This document shows, in pieces, positions 59,194 through 64,000 of a DNA stretch of 64,000 nucleotides (the stretch's first letter is position 1; each line of letters starts with the position of its first letter). Source of the DNA: Candidatus Velesiimonas alkalicola (GTDB lineage Bacteria; Omnitrophota; Gorgyraeia; Velesiimonadales; Velesiimonadaceae). The DNA lies in the NCBI GenBank assembly GCA_013626165.1, contig NDHX01000004.1, forward strand, positions 565 to 64,564, written 5' to 3'. The notes beneath the pieces are model-generated. The model saw only the letters and a program-made list of their open reading frames with translations. It had not been told where the DNA came from and ran no database searches. A program made the translations under genes and the position numbers.

Positions 59194-61851
59194 TTGAAAA
59201 CCGATGAAATAAGAAGTATCTATTTAGATTTCTTCAAAAGCAAAGGGCACAGGATAGTTCCATCTTCATCTCTTATACCTTTTGATGACCCGACACTTCT
59301 TTTTGCCGGTGCGGGGATGAACCAGTTTAAGGCAGAGTTTACCGGTTTTGTAAAAAACTTTAAAAGAGCCTGTTCCAGCCAGAAGTGTTTAAGAACCAGC
59401 GATATAGACAATGTGGGGAAAACCCCCAGACACCATACATTTTTTGAGATGCTCGGTAATTTTTCATTTGGGGATTATTTTAAAAAAGAAGCAATAGAAT
59501 GGTCATGGGAATTCCTTACACAGAGGATGAATCTTAAACAAGAACTTTTATGGATTTCAACATACAAAGGTGATGACGAGACGGACAGAATATGGAATAA
59601 AAACATAGGTGTTCCTTCTTCAAGAATAATTCAGCGCGGAGATAAAGAAAATTTTTGGCCTTCTAATGTAATAAAAGAAGGCCCTGATGGCCCTTGCGGA
59701 CCCTGTTCTGAAATATATTTTGACCAGGGCACTTCAGAAGAATGCAATAATCCTTCCTGTAATATAGAGTGTTCCTGCGGAAGATATGTTGAGATGTGGA
59801 ACCTTGTGTTCACGCAATACAACAGATTGTCTAAAGAAGGTAATGGAATCCTTGAAGCCCTTCCGAATAAAAATATAGATACGGGTATGGGACTTGAAAG
59901 AATCGCCGCAGTTGTGCAAAGTGTTTCTTCAAACTATGAGATAGATATAATAAAACCTCTTATAGGGATGATAAAAACATATTCAAAAAAAAATGGTAAT
60001 GGACAGTTTAATGTTTCATCAAAAGTTATTGCTGACCATATAAGGGCGGTTTGTTTTGCAGTAGGAGATGGTGTTATGCCGTCAAACGATGGAAGGGGAT
60101 ATGTAATAAGAATGCTTATTAGAAGGGCAATGAGATTTGCAAACCAGATAGATATTAAAAAACCTTTTCTTTATAGGATGGTGCCTCTTATTGCAGAGAT
60201 TATGAAACAGCCCTATCCTGAACTCCAGCAGAAAAGAGAAAGTATATCAGGCATAATACTTGCAGAAGAAAAAAGGTTTATTAAGACTCTTGAAGAGGGC
60301 AGTGCCCTGTTAAACAACTATATTGAAGATACTGTAAAGGCGGGTGGGAAGGTTTTATCTGGTGAGGTTGTTTTCAAGTTATACGATACATGTGGCTTTC
60401 CTGTGGATCTTACAGAGACAATTGCAAAAGAAAAAAATATTCATATAGATTTTGAAGGCTTTAAGTTGTGTATGGAACAACAAAAACAAGCATCAAGAAA
60501 GGTAAGCAGTATGGCAGGACAGATATTTGCCACTTCTCTTCTTTCAGAAAAAATAAAAGATAAAGATATTATATCTTCTTTTGTAGGATATGAGACGCTG
60601 TTTTCAGATTCAAAAATTATAGGCATATTAAAAAATCAGGAATGGGTAAGAAAAGAAGAGTCTGAGGCAGAGGTTGAGGTTATATTAGACAGGACCCCTT
60701 TTTATGCAGAATCAGGCGGTCAGGTAGGAGATACTGGCTTTTTAAGGACAGAAAATTCTATAACAGAGGTTTATAATACATATAAAATAGCAGATACAAT
60801 CTTACACAGGTGTAGGGTCAAACAGGGAAGCATTGGCATAGGACAGTGTGTATCTTCAATTGTGGACAAACAAAGAAGGCTTTCTATTGCAAGAAATCAC
60901 ACTGCAACACATATCCTCCGGTCTATTTTAAGACAGGTTCTTGGAAGCCATGTTGAGCAATCGGGCTCATATGTGGGACCTGACAGGCTTCGTTTTGATT
61001 TTACACACTTTGAGGCGATAGATGATGAGGACATAGACCAGATAGAAAAAAAAGTAAATCAGGTTATACTGGAAAATATCCCGTTGGATATAAGAACGAC
61101 AACATTTGAAGATGCCAAAGAACAGGGTGCCACGACACTTTTTATAGAGAAGTATACTGAAAAGGTACGATTGGTAAGCATACAGGAAGTGTCAAAAGAA
61201 CTTTGTGCAGGGACACACATAGGGTCAACAGGTCAGACAGGGCTTTTTATAATTTTAAGTGAGACATCTGTTGCAGGCGGTATAAGAAGAATTGAAGCAA
61301 TTACAGGAGAAGAAGCATATAATTTTGTAAAAGAAAAACAGAAAAAATTATCAGAGATTTCAAAAGTGTTAAATACGCAGGAACAAAGGATTATTCCTGC
61401 CATTGAAAAGATTCAAATCTGTCTGAAGGATATTGAAAAAGAAAACTTTCTGCTTAAAACCAGAGGGACGGAAGATATATCAGATATTTTACAGGATTCC
61501 TGCAAGATACAGGATACACTTGTGGTAGTTAAAAATATTAAAGATGCCAATGATAAACAGTTAAGAGCCATATTAGACAGGATAAAAAGCAGTGTAAAAA
61601 GTGCAAGCGTTGTCCTGCTTTCTATAAAAGAAGACAGGGTAATAATTGCAACAGCTGTAAGCAATGACCTTACTTCAAAGATAAATGCCGGAAGACTTGC
61701 AAATGAGGTTGCAAAAAAGGTAGGCGGTGCCGGTGGAGGAAAACCAGGTTTGGGTCAGGCTGGGGGAAAAAACATAGAAAAGATAGACGAAGCAATTGCA
61801 TTTGCAAAAGAATATCTAAAAGCAACAATTATCAGTCAGAGAGAAAAATGA
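59194..61851 (+). CDS. alaS: Alanine--tRNA ligase
   Basis: FF.SKGH…FAGAGMNQFK class II motifs. Zn-binding editing domain HTATH…CAGTH. C-terminal DHHA1 with GGGKPGLGQAGG. Confidence 0.9.
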   Translation: MKTDEIRSIYLDFFKSKGHRIVPSSSLIPFDDPTLLFAGAGMNQFKAEFTGFVKNFKRACSSQKCLRTSDIDNVGKTPRHHTFFEMLGNFSFGDYFKKEAIEWSWEFLTQRMNLKQELLWISTYKGDDETDRIWNKNIGVPSSRIIQRGDKENFWPSNVIKEGPDGPCGPCSEIYFDQGTSEECNNPSCNIECSCGRYVEMWNLVFTQYNRLSKEGNGILEALPNKNIDTGMGLERIAAVVQSVSSNYEIDIIKPLIGMIKTYSKKNGNGQFNVSSKVIADHIRAVCFAVGDGVMPSNDGRGYVIRMLIRRAMRFANQIDIKKPFLYRMVPLIAEIMKQPYPELQQKRESISGIILAEEKRFIKTLEEGSALLNNYIEDTVKAGGKVLSGEVVFKLYDTCGFPVDLTETIAKEKNIHIDFEGFKLCMEQQKQASRKVSSMAGQIFATSLLSEKIKDKDIISSFVGYETLFSDSKIIGILKNQEWVRKEESEAEVEVILDRTPFYAESGGQVGDTGFLRTENSITEVYNTYKIADTILHRCRVKQGSIGIGQCVSSIVDKQRRLSIARNHTATHILRSILRQVLGSHVEQSGSYVGPDRLRFDFTHFEAIDDEDIDQIEKKVNQVILENIPLDIRTTTFEDAKEQGATTLFIEKYTEKVRLVSIQEVSKELCAGTHIGSTGQTGLFIILSETSVAGGIRRIEAITGEEAYNFVKEKQKKLSEISKVLNTQEQRIIPAIEKIQICLKDIEKENFLLKTRGTEDISDILQDSCKIQDTLVVVKNIKDANDKQLRAILDRIKSSVKSASVVLLSIKEDRVIIATAVSNDLTSKINAGRLANEVAKKVGGAGGGKPGLGQAGGKNIEKIDEAIAFAKEYLKATIISQREK

Positions 61852-63065
61852 AGGTCATTAAGTTTTCACAAAGAAGATTAGAAGAAATTTATAACAGGTC
61901 TATACAAAGAAGAAGGCGGGTAGAGTCTGTTGTATCAAAGATAATAGAAGATGTAAGGCTGAGCGGTGACAGGGCACTTTTAAGATACACAAGAAAGTTT
62001 GACAGGGTAAAAATTCATAGTAAGCAGTTACAGGTTTCAGAAAACGAAATAAACGGTTCATACCAGGACTTAAAACCCGATTTTCTTGATGCTCTAAAAT
62101 TTGCAATAAAAAATGTAAGAAACTTCTATGAGAAAAAACCTCTCAAATCCTGGAAGACAAAGCATCCTGATGGGATGGTGCTCGGAGAGATTATAACTCC
62201 GATAGAAAAAGTAGGCATCTATATACCAGGCGGAACAGCACCCCTTATTTCTACTGTTTATATGACAGTGGTTCCGGCACAGATTGCGGGTGTAAAAGAA
62301 ATTTATCTTACAACCCCTCCGGATAAAGAGGGATATGTAAATCCGTATATACTGGCTGTTGCAAACCTTTTGAAAGTAAAGGCTGTGTTTAAGGTAGGGG
62401 GAGCACAGGCAATTGCTGCGCTTGCACTGGGAACAAAAACCATACCCAGAGTAGATAAGATAGTGGGGCCCGGAAATGTTTATGTAACAGAGGCAAAAAG
62501 GCAGGTATTTGGTTATGTTGATGTGGATTCTTTAGCAGGACCCAGTGAAGTTGTAATAATTGCAAACCAACACACAAATCCAAAATATATCGTTGCAGAT
62601 ATGAAAGCACAGGCAGAACATTCTATGGGTGTTTCTATACTGATAACCCCTTCAAAAAGCCTTATAAGACAGGTAAAAGATAAAGATGTCCGAGGTTTTA
62701 TAATAAAGGTTAAAAATTTGGAAGAAGCGGCGGAGATTTCAAACAGGATTGCGCCCGAACATATTCAGATAATGGTAAAAAATCCTTACAATGTTTTAAA
62801 AAATATAAGAAACGCAGGTGCAATTTTTATAGGTCAGTATACTCCCACAGCAGTGGGAGACTATGTGGCAGGTCCGTCACATGTTCTTCCAACAGGAGGA
62901 ACAGCAAGATTTTTCTCAGGACTTTCTGTTCTGGATTTTGTTAAGAAGACCCATATCATTGGTATGACAAAAAAATCACTTGAGAATATAAGATGTGTTG
63001 TAGAGAAAATTTCAGAGGCCGAGGGTATGTCAAAACATTTAGAGTCTGTGAATGCAAGACTTTAG
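61848..63065 (+). CDS. hisD: Histidinol dehydrogenase
   Basis: ~405 aa; IPGGTAPL…, …AGPSEVV…, …HLESV… conserved HisD segments. Confidence 0.9.
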   Translation: MKVIKFSQRRLEEIYNRSIQRRRRVESVVSKIIEDVRLSGDRALLRYTRKFDRVKIHSKQLQVSENEINGSYQDLKPDFLDALKFAIKNVRNFYEKKPLKSWKTKHPDGMVLGEIITPIEKVGIYIPGGTAPLISTVYMTVVPAQIAGVKEIYLTTPPDKEGYVNPYILAVANLLKVKAVFKVGGAQAIAALALGTKTIPRVDKIVGPGNVYVTEAKRQVFGYVDVDSLAGPSEVVIIANQHTNPKYIVADMKAQAEHSMGVSILITPSKSLIRQVKDKDVRGFIIKVKNLEEAAEISNRIAPEHIQIMVKNPYNVLKNIRNAGAIFIGQYTPTAVGDYVAGPSHVLPTGGTARFFSGLSVLDFVKKTHIIGMTKKSLENIRCVVEKISEAEGMSKHLESVNARL

Positions 63066-63067
63066 AT

Positions 63068-63700
63068 ATGAAAAAACAAACTATAAAAATTCATAGAAAA
63101 ACAAAAGAAACCGATATAACACTAGATTTAAGATTATACGGAAAAGGAAGTGCAAGGACAGATACAGGGATACCGTTTCTTGACCACATGCTTGCACTTT
63201 TTTGTAAATTTTCATTTGTAGATATAAACTTAAAATCAGCAGGTGATTTAAGTGTAGATATACACCATACAAATGAAGATATAGGTATTGCGCTGGGCCT
63301 GGCAATATCGGATGCCTTAAAAAATAGGAGAAGTATAAAAAGATTTGGTAGTGCAATAGTTCCTATGGATGAGTCTTTGACAGGGGTCAGGGTCGCAGTG
63401 GATATAAGCGGAAGGTCTGGTTTTTACTGGACAACACCGAGGGGAGTAAAAAATATATCAATCCCGCAAGGCGCAATACAAACAGCAAAAGGTGCTAAAT
63501 ATTTATTACAGGATGTAAAACATTTCTTCAAGTCCTTTGCAGGTTCATCTCTTATTACTATGCATATAGATGTGTTAAAATCTGAGGACCCCCACCATAC
63601 AATTGAATCTATATTCAAGGCATGCGGTAAGGCATTTGCAGAAGCCGTAGCCATTGAAAAAAGGGCAGATTTTCCGTCCACAAAAGGAAGAATAATTTAA
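63068..63700 (+). CDS. hisB: Imidazoleglycerol-phosphate dehydratase
   Basis: R.T.ET.I…TGI.FLDHML… and the repeated HH motifs of IGPD. Start taken at MKKQTIKI, just after the hisD stop. Confidence 0.85.
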   Translation: MKKQTIKIHRKTKETDITLDLRLYGKGSARTDTGIPFLDHMLALFCKFSFVDINLKSAGDLSVDIHHTNEDIGIALGLAISDALKNRRSIKRFGSAIVPMDESLTGVRVAVDISGRSGFYWTTPRGVKNISIPQGAIQTAKGAKYLLQDVKHFFKSFAGSSLITMHIDVLKSEDPHHTIESIFKACGKAFAEAVAIEKRADFPSTKGRII

Positions 63701-63724
63701 GTCCACAGTCAACAGTTTACTGGT

Positions 63725-64000
63725 AAGAAAAATTATGCAGACAATAACACATATTGCGATACTTGGTTCTACCGGCTGTATCGGAACAGATACTCTTGAG
63801 GTTATAGATACTCTTGAAGAGGGTTTTAAGGTTGTTGCACTTGCAGCCGGAGAAAACATAAAACTTTTAGAAAAACAGTGCAAGAAATATGTTCCCAGTC
63901 TTGTGGTTGTCCAAGATGAAAAGAAAGCAGAAGAGTTAAAAAAAAGACTTACCCCTCTAAAAAAAACAAGTATATTATGGGGAGAAAAAGGACTGATAGA
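63725..64000 (+). CDS. dxr: 1-deoxy-D-xylulose 5-phosphate reductoisomerase (5' partial, runs off the window)
   Basis: IAILGSTGCIGTDTLEVI is the Dxr N-terminal NADPH motif. The ORF remains open to the window end. Confidence 0.8.

Overview
This is an AT-rich (roughly 35–40 % GC by eye) bacterial chromosomal segment. An outer-membrane beta-barrel protein, a SurA-like PPIase, OmpA-family proteins and an LPS-type GT9 heptosyltransferase point to a diderm. Most of the window is housekeeping: a minus-strand lipid/cofactor cluster (lipA, def, fabH, Fe-ADH, acpP, fabF, acyl-CoA dehydrogenase, rpsU); a plus-strand morphogenesis cluster (ugd, mreB, mreC, mreD, mrdA, rodA plus a radical-SAM protein); gatC-gatA; a short mfd, apbE, mdh, an Opp-like substrate-binding protein and secG; mnmG, cinA, galK; nfeD-nfeD-floA; alaS, hisD, hisB and the start of dxr. 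Two accessory/defence insertions interrupt this. (1) 23.6–29.2 kb holds a type III restriction-modification island: an excisionase-type HTH gene, mod, an MNT/HEPN toxin-antitoxin pair wedged between mod and res, then res. It has a perfect consensus sigma70 promoter and is bracketed by ~125-bp inverted repeats made from the 5' part of the HTH gene. (2) 37.8–48.7 kb is a defence/accessory island. It carries two tandem hicBA cassettes that share a conserved ~110-bp upstream repeat, which also occurs as a partial upstream copy (37845–37918) and a core-motif-only copy near a HicB-like gene (44910–44950). It also carries a decayed two-partner-secretion locus, a GT9, two SAM-methyltransferases, an MDR dehydrogenase fragment and a 1045-aa MmeI-family type IIL R-M enzyme. 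Beyond gene content the window shows three sequence-level peculiarities. Short GC-rich palindromic elements occur between genes and, in frame, inside mod, res and the MmeI-like gene, much like Rickettsia palindromic elements. A dispersed intergenic tandem-octamer family (GCACCAGR) and a TAGGTAGTAG family are always oriented the same way relative to local transcription. A ~310-bp structured, GC-elevated non-coding region lies upstream of a compositionally atypical mdh. No rRNA, tRNA, CRISPR array or transposase was recognised.
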